Assembly (NCBI GenBank): GCA_038321985.1
Contig: JBBQFN010000001.1
Location: 64,001 to 128,000 of the forward strand
From: Cyanophyceae cyanobacterium
GTDB lineage: Bacteria > Cyanobacteriota > Cyanobacteriia > Cyanobacteriales > Laspinemataceae
Direction: 5' to 3'
Length of the DNA stretch: 64,000 nt
The position numbers were made by a program, and so were the translations under genes. The notes under the pieces are model-generated. The model was not told the origin of the DNA, searched no databases, and worked only from the letters and a program-made list of their open reading frames with translations. Shown piece by piece: positions 9,295 to 19,227 of this stretch (positions are counted from its first letter, which is position 1; every line of letters starts with the position of its first letter).

Positions 9295-10788
9295 ATGAAG
9301 CTCAAAGCGTTATTACCCAGCATTCTGTTAGAGACCCTTGACAAGGAGGCGCTGGAAATCGAGGTCACGGGTTTAAGTACCAATTCCCATGCGTGCCAAC
9401 CGGGGGATCTCTTTATCGGAATGCCGGGAACCCGTGTGGATGGGGGGGATTTTTGGCCCTCGGCGATCGCAGCGGGTGCAGTGGCAGCATTAGTCAGTCC
9501 CCAAGCGGCACAAAAACACCCCTCCCAATCCGATGCAGTGGTGATTCCGGTGGCTGATATGACCGCTACCTGTGCAAAGGTGGCAGCAGCCTTTTATGGG
9601 GAACCGGGGAAAACACTCAACCTAATCGGGGTAACGGGGACCAACGGCAAAACGACAACGACTCATCTAGTTGAATTTATCCTCCAGAAGGTCCAAAAAC
9701 CCACGGCCCTGTTAGGAACCCTTTACATCCGGTGGCCGGGATTTGAACAGGTAGCGGCCCATACGACCCCCTTTGCGGTGGACCTGAATCACCAGTTAAG
9801 TGATGCAGTTCAGGCGGGATGTGAATTTGGGGTGATGGAAGTCAGTTCCCATTCCTTGGCCCAGGGACGGGTGCAGGGGTTGCCGTTTCAAGTTGGGATT
9901 TTTACGAATTTGACCCAGGACCACCTCGATTTCCACAAAAACATGGAGGATTACTTCGAGGCCAAAGCCAAGCTGTTCAGTGCGGAATATTTGCAAGGTC
10001 GCGGGGTGGTGAATATTGATGATAGCTATGGACAGCGCTTGGCGGAGCGGTTGAGTGGGGAGGCGCTGTGGAGTTATAGCACCCACAATTCCCAGGCGGA
10101 TTTATGGACAAGTGATATCCAGTATGAACCGGCAGGGGTGAAAGGGATACTGCATACGCCGGTGGGTGAGGTGGAGTTTTCCTTGCCCTTGGTGGGACAA
10201 TACAATGTGGAAAATATGCTGGCGGCAGTGGGGGCGGCCCTGCATTTTGGGATTCCCTTAGCGGAGATTGTGGCAGTGTTGCCGGAATTTCCGGGAGTAC
10301 CGGGACGGATGGAACAGGTGCTGATTAAACCGGACCAGGATATTAGCGCGATCGTGGATTATGCACATACGCCGGATAGTTTGGAAAATGTGCTCAAGGC
10401 GACGCGACCCTTTATTTCGGGGAAATTGATTTGTGTATTTGGTTGTGGGGGCGATCGCGATCGCACCAAACGTCCGATTATGGGTAAAATTGCCGCAGAA
10501 CTGGCCGATGTGGTGGTGGTGACTTCGGATAATCCCCGGACTGAAGACCCAGAACAGATTTTAAAGGATGTGGCGGCAGGGATTCCTCAGAACATCTCAG
10601 CGCGGGTGATTGGCGATCGGGCGACGGCGATTCGGACCGCCATCCTAGAAGCAAAACCTGGTGATGGGGTGGTGATTGCCGGTAAAGGCCATGAAGACTA
10701 TCAAATTCTCGGGACCGAAAAAATCCATTTTGATGACCGAGAGCAAGCGCGGGAAGCGTTAAATCAACGGTTTGCGGCGGTGGTTTAA
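9295..10788 (+). CDS. murE: UDP-N-acetylmuramoyl-L-alanyl-D-glutamate--2,6-diaminopimelate ligase
   Basis: GVTGTNGKTTT P-loop, MEVSSH, NLTQDHLDFH, DYAHTPD, DNPR DAP-specificity motif, AGKGHE. Confidence 0.97.
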   Translation: MKLKALLPSILLETLDKEALEIEVTGLSTNSHACQPGDLFIGMPGTRVDGGDFWPSAIAAGAVAALVSPQAAQKHPSQSDAVVIPVADMTATCAKVAAAFYGEPGKTLNLIGVTGTNGKTTTTHLVEFILQKVQKPTALLGTLYIRWPGFEQVAAHTTPFAVDLNHQLSDAVQAGCEFGVMEVSSHSLAQGRVQGLPFQVGIFTNLTQDHLDFHKNMEDYFEAKAKLFSAEYLQGRGVVNIDDSYGQRLAERLSGEALWSYSTHNSQADLWTSDIQYEPAGVKGILHTPVGEVEFSLPLVGQYNVENMLAAVGAALHFGIPLAEIVAVLPEFPGVPGRMEQVLIKPDQDISAIVDYAHTPDSLENVLKATRPFISGKLICVFGCGGDRDRTKRPIMGKIAAELADVVVVTSDNPRTEDPEQILKDVAAGIPQNISARVIGDRATAIRTAILEAKPGDGVVIAGKGHEDYQILGTEKIHFDDREQAREALNQRFAAVV

Positions 10789-10798
10789 CAGTTTCTGG

Positions 10799-10830
10799 GA
10801 CCGGGAGAGTGACCCGGTTCGGTTGTTTTT
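10799..10830 (+). terminator. Probable intrinsic terminator after murE
   Basis: GACCGGG-agagtga-CCCGGTT stem followed by T-rich tract. Confidence 0.45.
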
Positions 10831-11414
10831 GGCAAAAATGCAGTGAAAGTCTAATTTTTGCTGCATTTTAGTCGATTCAGTCTGAACGCCTTCCCCAAAA
10901 GACATCAAAGGAGGGGACTGGAGGTGGATTGAGTGTTTAAAGCGCCTGTAATAGGGCGCTTTTTGCGTAGGATTACGAATGCAAAATCTAGGACTTTAAC
11001 TTTAAAATAGAATTACCCTTGGTCATTCAAATAACTATCTTCCCGGATTAAGGGAAAATAAAAAGACTTAAAAGGGTTTTAGTAGACCCTGTTTTCTATA
11101 CCCCACTCTATCTTTTGCCCATTTAGGGAGGAGATGGAGAGCGGTAATTGAGCTAGGTCAATCTACTAAGGGGGCGAAGCTATTTGAATAATCAGGGTGT
11201 TTAAATTCAATAAATGGTGGCTCGGACTCTTGAAAAATTTTGGAAATCTAAACAAAAGTGACGTTTAGGCCAATGTACTTATTCCCACCGTTGTAGGGGT
11301 GATGATCAATATGCAACATCAGCCCGAAACGGGGAAGTGCATTAACTTGCTGGCGTCGGATTTCCTCCCCTGGGTGAAGTACAGGGATTTGCCAACTCGC
11401 GGACACTTGAGAAG

Positions 11415-13115
11415 ATGAATTTATCAACAGATCAGGATGTGTCTCTTTATGATTGCGCCCTCAGTGCGATCGCACCGCCTCATCCTTTGCAAGTTTCTTA
11501 CCCATCTTTTAAGGGCATGGTGGGGGGTGTATTTGACCTGCTGATCGAACAAAAAATCCCAGCAACGTTGTGGGTTAAACTTCCAGATTGGTGTGAATGG
11601 CAGGTAGATCTCGATCGCTATCGACATCTGCTCGGTGGGGCAAATCCAGTCTATATCCTCAACCCGACGCAGGCGGAGGATATTCAACAGACTGGGGATA
11701 AAGATATTTTAGAGGGGAAAGAAGCAACCGGAGAGAGAAAGGAGTTATATTCCCGACAGAGGTACAGCTTTTTTCAAGCGCGATCGCGGGATAAACGCAA
11801 CAGCTTCGACAGCAGCAATCTTCATCGTCACACCCCTCCATATAACGCACCTTTAACCTGCGGCATTGATGAGAATTCCCTGATTAGCGATGAGGGGACT
11901 ATTTTAATGCCGACGAAAACGACCTTACCCTTATGCTCTATTCACTTAGTTTTGAATAGCCAACTGAATAATGAATATTTTCTAATCGTACTCTCGCCGA
12001 GACTATCGGTGGCAATTTTGGCCGATAGCCCCCATACCCGAGCGATCGCCCTGCATCCTCATCGGGAATCTAATCCGACTAAAACCCTAGTCGCCCTTTA
12101 TTCCTTGGACCAACAGACGATTCAACTGGTCCTGGATGGATTGAAAGAATCGGTTAGCAAAGGGCGATGTCAGAGTGATCAGGTTTCTGAAAAAAATAAT
12201 GCCTTGATAGAAACCGATGGGCGAGTTTGTGAGAATTTACTTGAAAATTGGGATATCGCCTTTGGTAACCTCAAACTCACTACCCCTGACCCCCTGTTGT
12301 TGGGGCATTTATTTAGCAAGCAACTCCAGCGACTGGAACAACAGGGGCAAAAACCGCTAGGGGAGGGACAACAGGCGGCCCTGGAACGACAAAATCAAGA
12401 ACTGCTTAATGCTTTAGGGTTTAAAGATGAGTTTCTGAATAAGATTGGGCAGGAACTGCGTACACCCTTAACAAATATGAAAACGGCCCTGAGTCTATTG
12501 GATTCGCCCAAACTGAAACCGGCGCAACGAGAACGATATAGTACGCTGCTGCATCAGTCTTGCGATCGCCAAAGTGCCTTAATCGACGGATTTTTAGAAC
12601 TGGTGCGTCTAGAAAGCGAGGTGGATCGGGCGAAAATGCAGGGAATGCGTTTGGGGGATCTCGTCCCTGGAATTGTGAGTACCTATCAGCCGATCGCCCA
12701 GGAAAAAGGAGTGTTACTCGCCTACACCCTCCGCAGCACCTTACCCCCAATTTCTTGTACCCCTGAATGGCTCAAAAAAATTGTGCTTAATTTGCTTCAA
12801 AATGCGATTAAATTCACGGGTCCAGGGGGGGAAGTTTGGGTGAGATCCAAGCAACAAGGGGACTACGTTCAACTCGAATTTCGCGACACGGGGATCGGGA
12901 TTCCCCCTGGGGAAATTCCTAAAATTTTTGAAGCCTTTTATCGGGGCCGTCAATCTATTAATGAAGATATGGAAGGGGCGGGACTGGGGTTAACCATTGT
13001 TCACCAACTTTTACTTCATTCCGGGGGGTCAATTACGGTTAAAAGCCGCGTAGGAAGGGGTTCTGTGTTTAGCATCCTTTTACCAATTTACGATGAAAAT
13101 GAGCGGTATTGGTAA
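11415..13115 (+). CDS. DICT-like sensor histidine kinase lacking the phospho-acceptor His (H->Q)
   Basis: H-box reads IGQELRTPL; intact N (NLLQNAIKF), G1 (DTGIGI), F (IFEAFY) and G2 (GAGLGL) boxes; N-terminal WVKLP...EYFLIVLSP sensor region. Confidence 0.85.
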   Translation: MNLSTDQDVSLYDCALSAIAPPHPLQVSYPSFKGMVGGVFDLLIEQKIPATLWVKLPDWCEWQVDLDRYRHLLGGANPVYILNPTQAEDIQQTGDKDILEGKEATGERKELYSRQRYSFFQARSRDKRNSFDSSNLHRHTPPYNAPLTCGIDENSLISDEGTILMPTKTTLPLCSIHLVLNSQLNNEYFLIVLSPRLSVAILADSPHTRAIALHPHRESNPTKTLVALYSLDQQTIQLVLDGLKESVSKGRCQSDQVSEKNNALIETDGRVCENLLENWDIAFGNLKLTTPDPLLLGHLFSKQLQRLEQQGQKPLGEGQQAALERQNQELLNALGFKDEFLNKIGQELRTPLTNMKTALSLLDSPKLKPAQRERYSTLLHQSCDRQSALIDGFLELVRLESEVDRAKMQGMRLGDLVPGIVSTYQPIAQEKGVLLAYTLRSTLPPISCTPEWLKKIVLNLLQNAIKFTGPGGEVWVRSKQQGDYVQLEFRDTGIGIPPGEIPKIFEAFYRGRQSINEDMEGAGLGLTIVHQLLLHSGGSITVKSRVGRGSVFSILLPIYDENERYW

Positions 13116-13116
13116 T

Positions 13117-13150
13117 AAAAAATCCGGCTTTTCTAGGCCGGACTTTTTAT
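13117..13150. terminator. Bidirectional terminator hairpin between the two convergent kinase genes
   Basis: AAAAAA-TCCGGC-ttttctag-GCCGGA-CTTTTT. Confidence 0.6.
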
Positions 13151-13193
13151 TAAGGGGAGAATCCCTTTACTCCCTGACTCAATACCTGGGCGC

Positions 13194-15005
13194 TTACCCC
13201 CTCATTTCCAGGGGTAAGAAGATGGTGAGGACTTGCCCATGTTGTTGACGGTTGCGGACAATTAGTTTGCCTCCTAGGGCTTGAAATAGGTTTTTAGTGA
13301 CGCTCAAGTTGAGACTAAGGTTACCTGTTTCCGGCTGAAACATCAGCATTTGACCCAGAGATTTAAGGGTATTATGGGTACCGGAAACCGCAGTTTCTGG
13401 GTTGACGGAGGCCCGGGCTTGGGAGTGGAGTTCTACCTTCAATTGATGACCCGCGAGGGAAATTTCTACCCGGAGTTTGCCTCCGGCGGGTAAGCTTGAG
13501 GTGAAGTTGTCGATCGCCCCGGTGAGGACCTGATCCAGGAGGGAGGGGTCGCTGACCACGGAGGGCATTTTTTGGGGCAGAATTACATCTAAGGTGAGGT
13601 TGCGTCGGCTGGCTTGTTTTTCCCAACGCGGGATACAACTCTTTAAAACGTCGGTAAGGGAGGTGGAAGTGAGGTGCATCGGCGCTTGTGCATCCTTGGT
13701 GGTTTCCAATTCAACGGCCCGGAAAAACAAACCAAAGCGGTCGATTTGCTCGCTACATTCGCGATCAATGGCTTCTAAGCGTTTGAGAATGTCGGGCTCA
13801 AGATGACGGCGTTTGAGCAAGAGTCGGGTGAGGGTGCGGATGGTGGCGAGGGGGGTTCTAACCTCGTGAGCGATCGCCTGTAATAATTCCACATCCAAGG
13901 CGGGGGCTTGGTTTCTGACGTTCTTACTGGCTGCATCCCGGAGTTCATCTAATTGCTTATCAATCCGAGGTTTACGGGAATTGGCAGTTTTGGCAGCCGC
14001 CCTGCTTTCCACAGACTGTGCGCCTTTTGAACGTTGGGATTTGGCGATCGCCGGTTCCGGATTGCTGACGGCAGTTCGGGAGGTGGAGACGCGATAATTC
14101 CCCTCTGTACGCGATAATTCCCAGGCTGTCTCTGCCTCTGGGGTGGGGCAGTCGCTTTGAGTGCCATAATCAGGACCGCATTGGGGTAATGCGCGCATGG
14201 AGGGACCCCACCCCGTCCAATCAGCGGCGAATGACTCCATTTCATACAGCATTTCCCGATCAAGTTGTAGGGGTTCGGGGAGATATTCCAGAAGCTGCTG
14301 GGTAAAGTGACAGACAATTTTGTAGTCTGGGGTCGCCCTGGGTTTAAACCGTTGGAACGTCTCGTCTAAAGTCGAAATAGCGGTTTGATTTTTGAACGGC
14401 AGCAGGCGCGATCGCAACCCTTGCCACACTAAGGCGATCGCCTCGGGATCAAAGGAAAACTGAAATGCCGGTTGGCCCTGGGCGTTTAATCCCACCACCA
14501 TGACGAGGCTAAACCGCGCCGTCAACACCAAACAAAATTGTTCTCGGGCGAGGGGGTCTCCCGTTAGCAGGGGTAAAATGGTCGGGTTGGGAGAGTCTGA
14601 ACCCGGGTCAGTGGGAGAGGGGAATCCGGAGGAGGGTAACCAAGCCGCAGACTGGTGGACAGCGGCAAAGGTCCAGGTAGAGAACCGTTCTAAGTGGGTG
14701 GGTTGAGTTAAAACGGGGACGGGACCGGATAAGACTAAGCCTTTGTCCCCTGTCAGATTGGGGAGATCAGCGCCCTCGCCTGCCAGTTCGCAGTCGAGGA
14801 GATCACTTAGGGAGGCGATCGCCCCTTGCCATTGGCGATCGGCCCGAATTCGTCGCAACCACACCGCTGCACCATCGCTATGGGTCGTTACCGGGCGATC
14901 GCCGGGATTTTCCCGGATTGATCCCTCGTCTAAAGGGGGAGAATTTCCCTCCCTCCCCGCTTGTGATAAAACTTCGCTAATCGTTGGTAACACCCACTTG
15001 TACAC
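13194..15005 (-). CDS. Atypical sensor histidine kinase with HisKA domain but degenerate ATP-binding domain (probably Hik34/Slr1285-like)
   Basis: H-box IAHEVRTPL present; C-terminal domain lacks DxGxG and GxGLGL (has QPETGNLSLNL); Hik34 link is from recall of the family, not a search. Confidence 0.8.
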   Translation of the reverse strand: MYKWVLPTISEVLSQAGREGNSPPLDEGSIRENPGDRPVTTHSDGAAVWLRRIRADRQWQGAIASLSDLLDCELAGEGADLPNLTGDKGLVLSGPVPVLTQPTHLERFSTWTFAAVHQSAAWLPSSGFPSPTDPGSDSPNPTILPLLTGDPLAREQFCLVLTARFSLVMVVGLNAQGQPAFQFSFDPEAIALVWQGLRSRLLPFKNQTAISTLDETFQRFKPRATPDYKIVCHFTQQLLEYLPEPLQLDREMLYEMESFAADWTGWGPSMRALPQCGPDYGTQSDCPTPEAETAWELSRTEGNYRVSTSRTAVSNPEPAIAKSQRSKGAQSVESRAAAKTANSRKPRIDKQLDELRDAASKNVRNQAPALDVELLQAIAHEVRTPLATIRTLTRLLLKRRHLEPDILKRLEAIDRECSEQIDRFGLFFRAVELETTKDAQAPMHLTSTSLTDVLKSCIPRWEKQASRRNLTLDVILPQKMPSVVSDPSLLDQVLTGAIDNFTSSLPAGGKLRVEISLAGHQLKVELHSQARASVNPETAVSGTHNTLKSLGQMLMFQPETGNLSLNLSVTKNLFQALGGKLIVRNRQQHGQVLTIFLPLEMRG

Positions 15006-15209
15006 AGAAATATCCCTCTCTACACTTCACTGGTTTAAATCATTAATTTTCAATAATTGAGCAAGAATTTGTGATGTAAAACTTGCTACAAACGCTTTAA
15101 TCTAAATTCAACTGAAAACAAGATACTACTAGCCTATCTGGATCTATCCCATAAAAACATTCGTAGAACCGAACAAATCAGTCGCAATCACCGCAGAAAA
15201 TAGGGAGGG

Positions 15210-15245
15210 TCACCCCCCAAACCCGATTTCGGGTTTGGGGGGTGA
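15210..15245. repeat. Perfect 17-bp inverted repeat in the divergent intergenic region
   Basis: TCACCCCCCAAACCCGA-TT-TCGGGTTTGGGGGGTGA. Confidence 0.85.
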
Positions 15246-15366
15246 GTCGATCAGGGTCAAGCCCGTTTAGGTAAAACCGAATCACCCCAACCCAGTTGGT
15301 CCGAATGATTGAGGCCCGCTATAGTAGAAAGTATCAATCATTTGCTTTGGAACTCGCCTCCTAACC

Positions 15367-16764
15367 ATGTCTACTTTGCTCGCTGATGCGAAAAACTTAT
15401 TAGCTGAACTGATTTCTCGTTATGCCTCCCGGGTTGATTATTTAGCAATTCGCCTAGAAGAAGCTGAAGGTACTGATATCTTTTTGCGTGGGGAAAAAAT
15501 TGAAACCCTAAGTGAGGGAGTCTCAATTGGGGGACAAGTCCGGGCTTGTTATCAAGGCGGATGGGGCTTTGCCAGCTTTAATCAACTCGCGGGACTGACA
15601 GAACGGATTGAGGAAGCTATTGCTGCGGCGCGATTAGTCGGGGATGAAGAAACGATTTTAGCCCCTGTGGACCCGGTACAAATTACCTGTAAACTTTTAC
15701 TCACCGGCACTGACCCTAGACAGATTCCCATTATTGAAAAGAAGAGATTGTGCGATCGCTATACGGATATTCTCCGTCAAGTTGACCCGCGCATCGCCAC
15801 AACTTCCGTTCGCTACAGCGACAGCGCCCAACGTATCCTCCTGTTCACCTCTGAAGGCACAATCTTAGAACAGTCTTGGGTGGATATGGAAATGCGGTTT
15901 GCCGCCACCGCCCGCAATGGGGAAACCGTCCAAACCGGGCGGGAAACCACGGGGTCCCGGAAATCTTACGAAGATTTAATCCAGCTTGACCCCCAAGTGC
16001 GCGGTGCTGCCCAAAGGGCAGTGGATGCCCTTTCTCTTCCTCCGGTTAAAGGTAACACCTATACGGTGGTTATTGACCCCATTTTGACGGGGTTATTTGT
16101 TCATGAAGCCTTCGGACATCTTTCGGAAGCAGATATGGCATATGAAAACCCCGATTTGCTGGAAGTGATGACTCTAGGACGGCGTTTTGGTCCCGAAGAT
16201 TTGCAAATCTTTGATGGGGCTGCACCTGAAGGACATCGGGGCAGTTACCTATATGATGATGAAGGCACCCCCGCTACGACTACTCAGTTAATTAAAGATG
16301 GGGTACTCGTCGGACGCCTTCACTCCCGAGAAACTGCCGGAAAACTAGAGGAAACTGCCACGGGAAATGCCCGTTGTCTCAATTACCATTATCCGCCCAT
16401 AGTCCGCATGACTAACACGTGGATTGAACGCGGCAAGACTCCGGTTCCGGATTTATTTACGGATATTAAAGATGGGGTTTATGCGCGCAATTGGCTAGGA
16501 GGAATGACGAACGGGGAAATGTTTACATTCAGTGCTGGGGAAGCCTGGATGATTAGAAATGGGGAATTAGCCGAACCTGTAAGAGATGTGACTCTTTCGG
16601 GTAATGTGTTTAGCACATTAGGGGATATTGAGGCGATCGGGGATGATTTCTACTGGGATGAATCCGGCGGTTGCGGCAAAGGTGGACAAAATGGCTTACC
16701 TGTCGGCTGTGGCGGTCCTAGTCTTAGAATTCGTAATGTGATTGTTGGGGGTGAGTCAGCGTAA
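15367..16764 (+). CDS. tldD: TldD/PmbA family metalloprotease
   Basis: HEAFGHLSEAD metal motif, YDDEG, RMTNT, C-terminal GGCGKGGQ. Confidence 0.92.
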   Translation: MSTLLADAKNLLAELISRYASRVDYLAIRLEEAEGTDIFLRGEKIETLSEGVSIGGQVRACYQGGWGFASFNQLAGLTERIEEAIAAARLVGDEETILAPVDPVQITCKLLLTGTDPRQIPIIEKKRLCDRYTDILRQVDPRIATTSVRYSDSAQRILLFTSEGTILEQSWVDMEMRFAATARNGETVQTGRETTGSRKSYEDLIQLDPQVRGAAQRAVDALSLPPVKGNTYTVVIDPILTGLFVHEAFGHLSEADMAYENPDLLEVMTLGRRFGPEDLQIFDGAAPEGHRGSYLYDDEGTPATTTQLIKDGVLVGRLHSRETAGKLEETATGNARCLNYHYPPIVRMTNTWIERGKTPVPDLFTDIKDGVYARNWLGGMTNGEMFTFSAGEAWMIRNGELAEPVRDVTLSGNVFSTLGDIEAIGDDFYWDESGGCGKGGQNGLPVGCGGPSLRIRNVIVGGESA

Positions 16765-17028
16765 GCTGAAAGGGAATTTAGGGGGCGTGGTGAGAGTTTA
16801 ACTCACAGACTTGTTGCAGAATTGTAAAAAGCCCCCTTGTCAAGGGGCGATCGCTCATCGAATGAAAGCAAAAGGTCTAATGCTTTGATTTAAAAATTTG
16901 GATTCGGACGCAGCCTCCCCCTGTCCGTAAAATCCCAAATGTAGGGATTGCCAAGTCATATTTTAAGTGCGTCAATTCCCCCTCTTATTGCTTTCATCCC
17001 TGGGCGATCGCTGTGACCCATTCTATCC

Positions 17029-18477
17029 CTACTGGACGGAGGGTAGGGAGGAAGGTTCTCCAGGTTGGTAGAGGTTTTCCATTTCCGCCAGGGTAGCTTC
17101 CGGGTCGCTATTGCTGGATTTTATGATATAATTGAGTTTCACTTCTTCTAAGAAATCGGTGAGTAAATTTTGGATTTCTTCTTGGGTTTTGCGATCGCCT
17201 AGGGCTTTGCGAAAGGCTTGATTGAATTCCTGACTGAGGCGATCAAATAGCACTCGTCCTTCTACATCGGCATAAGAAGTTTCCAAAACTGTTACGGTCG
17301 TTTGGGCTAAGTTAGATGCCATTTGTTCTGTAAAATCCCGGGGGAAACTCCCAAATCCCGGTAATGCTTTGAGGCTTTGATAAACTCCGGAGTCTTTAAA
17401 TGCTCCTTCTATACTGTGATGGAGAACGGCTTCTAATTCCGGCTTAATTTGCGGTAAAACTTTGTAGATAGTTAATTCCAAGAGGCGGTCCGTAATCACT
17501 TCAATTTCATTGACATTATTAAGGTCGATTGCCGGTTCGGGATTCAAAAAGGATTGGGCGGCGGTTCCTTCTCGAATGGAATCTTGGGCTTGATTAATAA
17601 AGCGAACCATCACAAATCGAGCAAGGCGATCGGCTAATTTGGCGGCGGGTTCGTGGGTCATCTGCACTAAGATCCGATCAAAATTTAATAGCTGACTCTG
17701 TTGCAGTCTCACCGCAACGGGAATCACCCGCAATCCTCTCCAAAAGGGTAAAAATAGTAAAACATCATACCAGCGTCGTAACATCGCATCCACCCAGCGC
17801 AAACCGGGAATGCGGCGATGCATAAAAAAGGTATGAATTAGAAATTCTAATCCAAACAGGCACATAAAGAAAATATCAATTCGCCAAAACTCATCAATAA
17901 CTTGCCCAATTTCATCTACATTCCGGAAATAGTTACTGGAAATTAACGGCTCAATTTGGGATTTGAAAAAATTAAGTTCTTGGGTTAAATCGTGGGTTCC
18001 TAAATAGTTAGCACTCCAAAATGTTATAAAAGCTGGATGGGCGTATTCCATGCCGATATGTTGACGCATTCGCCGTTGAATCTTGGCAAACGTGCCGAAC
18101 TTACCCGCCGCCATGAATGGGTTTTCATTCAGCATCACATCGCTTTGTTGACGTAAAGACTCCAGCAAGTTCTCCACTGGACTAGAGGTGAGAAAACTTT
18201 GCGGCTGTTGCAGTTCAAAAACTAATTGATTGACTGTTTCCCGGTATTTTTCCGTTTCGGGATGGGGTTCAATTCCTTTGATTTGATCATAAGCCCTAAC
18301 TATCGGGGTAAATTCCCGAAAATAGAGATCGCGCAGGGGAATATAAGAGTAATCAAACCCAATCAGCACGAAATTGATAACGGCGAGAATCGCCATAAAT
18401 TTTTTAAACCCGTTAATGGGTCCCCCGTTATGGGGTGACACTTCTGGGTTAGCTGTTTTTATCACTTGCATTTTCAA
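17029..18477 (-). CDS. Hypothetical membrane protein (ion-transport-like TM segments)
   Basis: Hydrophobic segments FMAILAVINFVLIGFD and IDIFFMCLFGLEFLI, then WYDVLLFLPFWRGLRVIPVAVRL; long helical C-terminus. Confidence 0.7.
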   Translation of the reverse strand: MKMQVIKTANPEVSPHNGGPINGFKKFMAILAVINFVLIGFDYSYIPLRDLYFREFTPIVRAYDQIKGIEPHPETEKYRETVNQLVFELQQPQSFLTSSPVENLLESLRQQSDVMLNENPFMAAGKFGTFAKIQRRMRQHIGMEYAHPAFITFWSANYLGTHDLTQELNFFKSQIEPLISSNYFRNVDEIGQVIDEFWRIDIFFMCLFGLEFLIHTFFMHRRIPGLRWVDAMLRRWYDVLLFLPFWRGLRVIPVAVRLQQSQLLNFDRILVQMTHEPAAKLADRLARFVMVRFINQAQDSIREGTAAQSFLNPEPAIDLNNVNEIEVITDRLLELTIYKVLPQIKPELEAVLHHSIEGAFKDSGVYQSLKALPGFGSFPRDFTEQMASNLAQTTVTVLETSYADVEGRVLFDRLSQEFNQAFRKALGDRKTQEEIQNLLTDFLEEVKLNYIIKSSNSDPEATLAEMENLYQPGEPSSLPSVQ

Positions 18478-18518
18478 GACAGATGTTAAGTTAGAAATAA
18501 GATTACCCTGGTAGGGGT

Positions 18519-19127
18519 TTACTTCCTATTGTGTCTATCCTGTATCAAAGCGACATCTATCTGTTGGATGAGGTGCTCTACGGAGGAGGAGTTATCTAAA
18601 ACTACATCAGCGCGATCGCACTTTTGTTGTAAGGGCATCTGACTGTTAATCCTAGCCTGAGCTTGGTCTACCGTCAATCCGTCTCGTTCCATCAATCGTT
18701 GAATCTGGCGATCGCTTGAACAAGACACCACCCAAATTTCTGTTACTAAATCCGTCATTTGTGCTTCAAATAACAACGGAATCACTAACACAACGGTAGA
18801 CTGTTCCGGCAATGCTTCTATCTCTCGAACGAAGCGATCGCGCACCTGGGGATGAATTTGTGCCTCTAACCACTGTTTTTCTAGGGGTTGATTAAAGATA
18901 ATTTCCCCCAATTTCGAGCGATTCAAGCGGCGATCGGCTAGCAGCAATTCATTCCCATAACGGTTAATAATTTTTTTTAATATTTCTGAACCCCGGCTGA
19001 CTGTTTCGCGGGCATAAATATCTGCATCCAAAATAGGTAATTTATGCTGAATTTTTAAATAATTAGAAACAGTAGTTTTACCTGTGGCGATTCCACCCGT
19101 CAATCCAATTTGACGTTTATTTATCAT
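18519..19127 (-). CDS. coaE: Dephospho-CoA kinase
   Basis: IGLTGGIATGKTTV P-loop, LDADIYARE, IHPQV, IPLLFE, RINSQM. Confidence 0.96.
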   Translation of the reverse strand: MINKRQIGLTGGIATGKTTVSNYLKIQHKLPILDADIYARETVSRGSEILKKIINRYGNELLLADRRLNRSKLGEIIFNQPLEKQWLEAQIHPQVRDRFVREIEALPEQSTVVLVIPLLFEAQMTDLVTEIWVVSCSSDRQIQRLMERDGLTVDQAQARINSQMPLQQKCDRADVVLDNSSSVEHLIQQIDVALIQDRHNRK

Positions 19128-19184
19128 AATAATATTAATTATCTACCAGAGTTTTTTGTAAAAACTTCGTGCCATTCTTTGTAT

Positions 19185-19218
19185 GTTCGTAGTAACGATT
19201 TAAATCGTTACTACGAAC
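19185..19218. repeat. 34-bp perfect palindrome of the REP-like GTTCGTAGTAACGAC family
   Basis: GTTCGTAGTAACGATTTAAATCGTTACTACGAAC equals its own reverse complement. Confidence 0.85.
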
Positions 19219-19227
19219 GGGGACAAG

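Noticed and set aside
10789..11414. Riboswitch in the long leader of the H->Q kinase
   Set aside because: Several hairpins are present (e.g. AAGCGCC/GGCGCTT near 10940-10961), but none matches a c-di-GMP, cobalamin or other aptamer consensus I can recognise.
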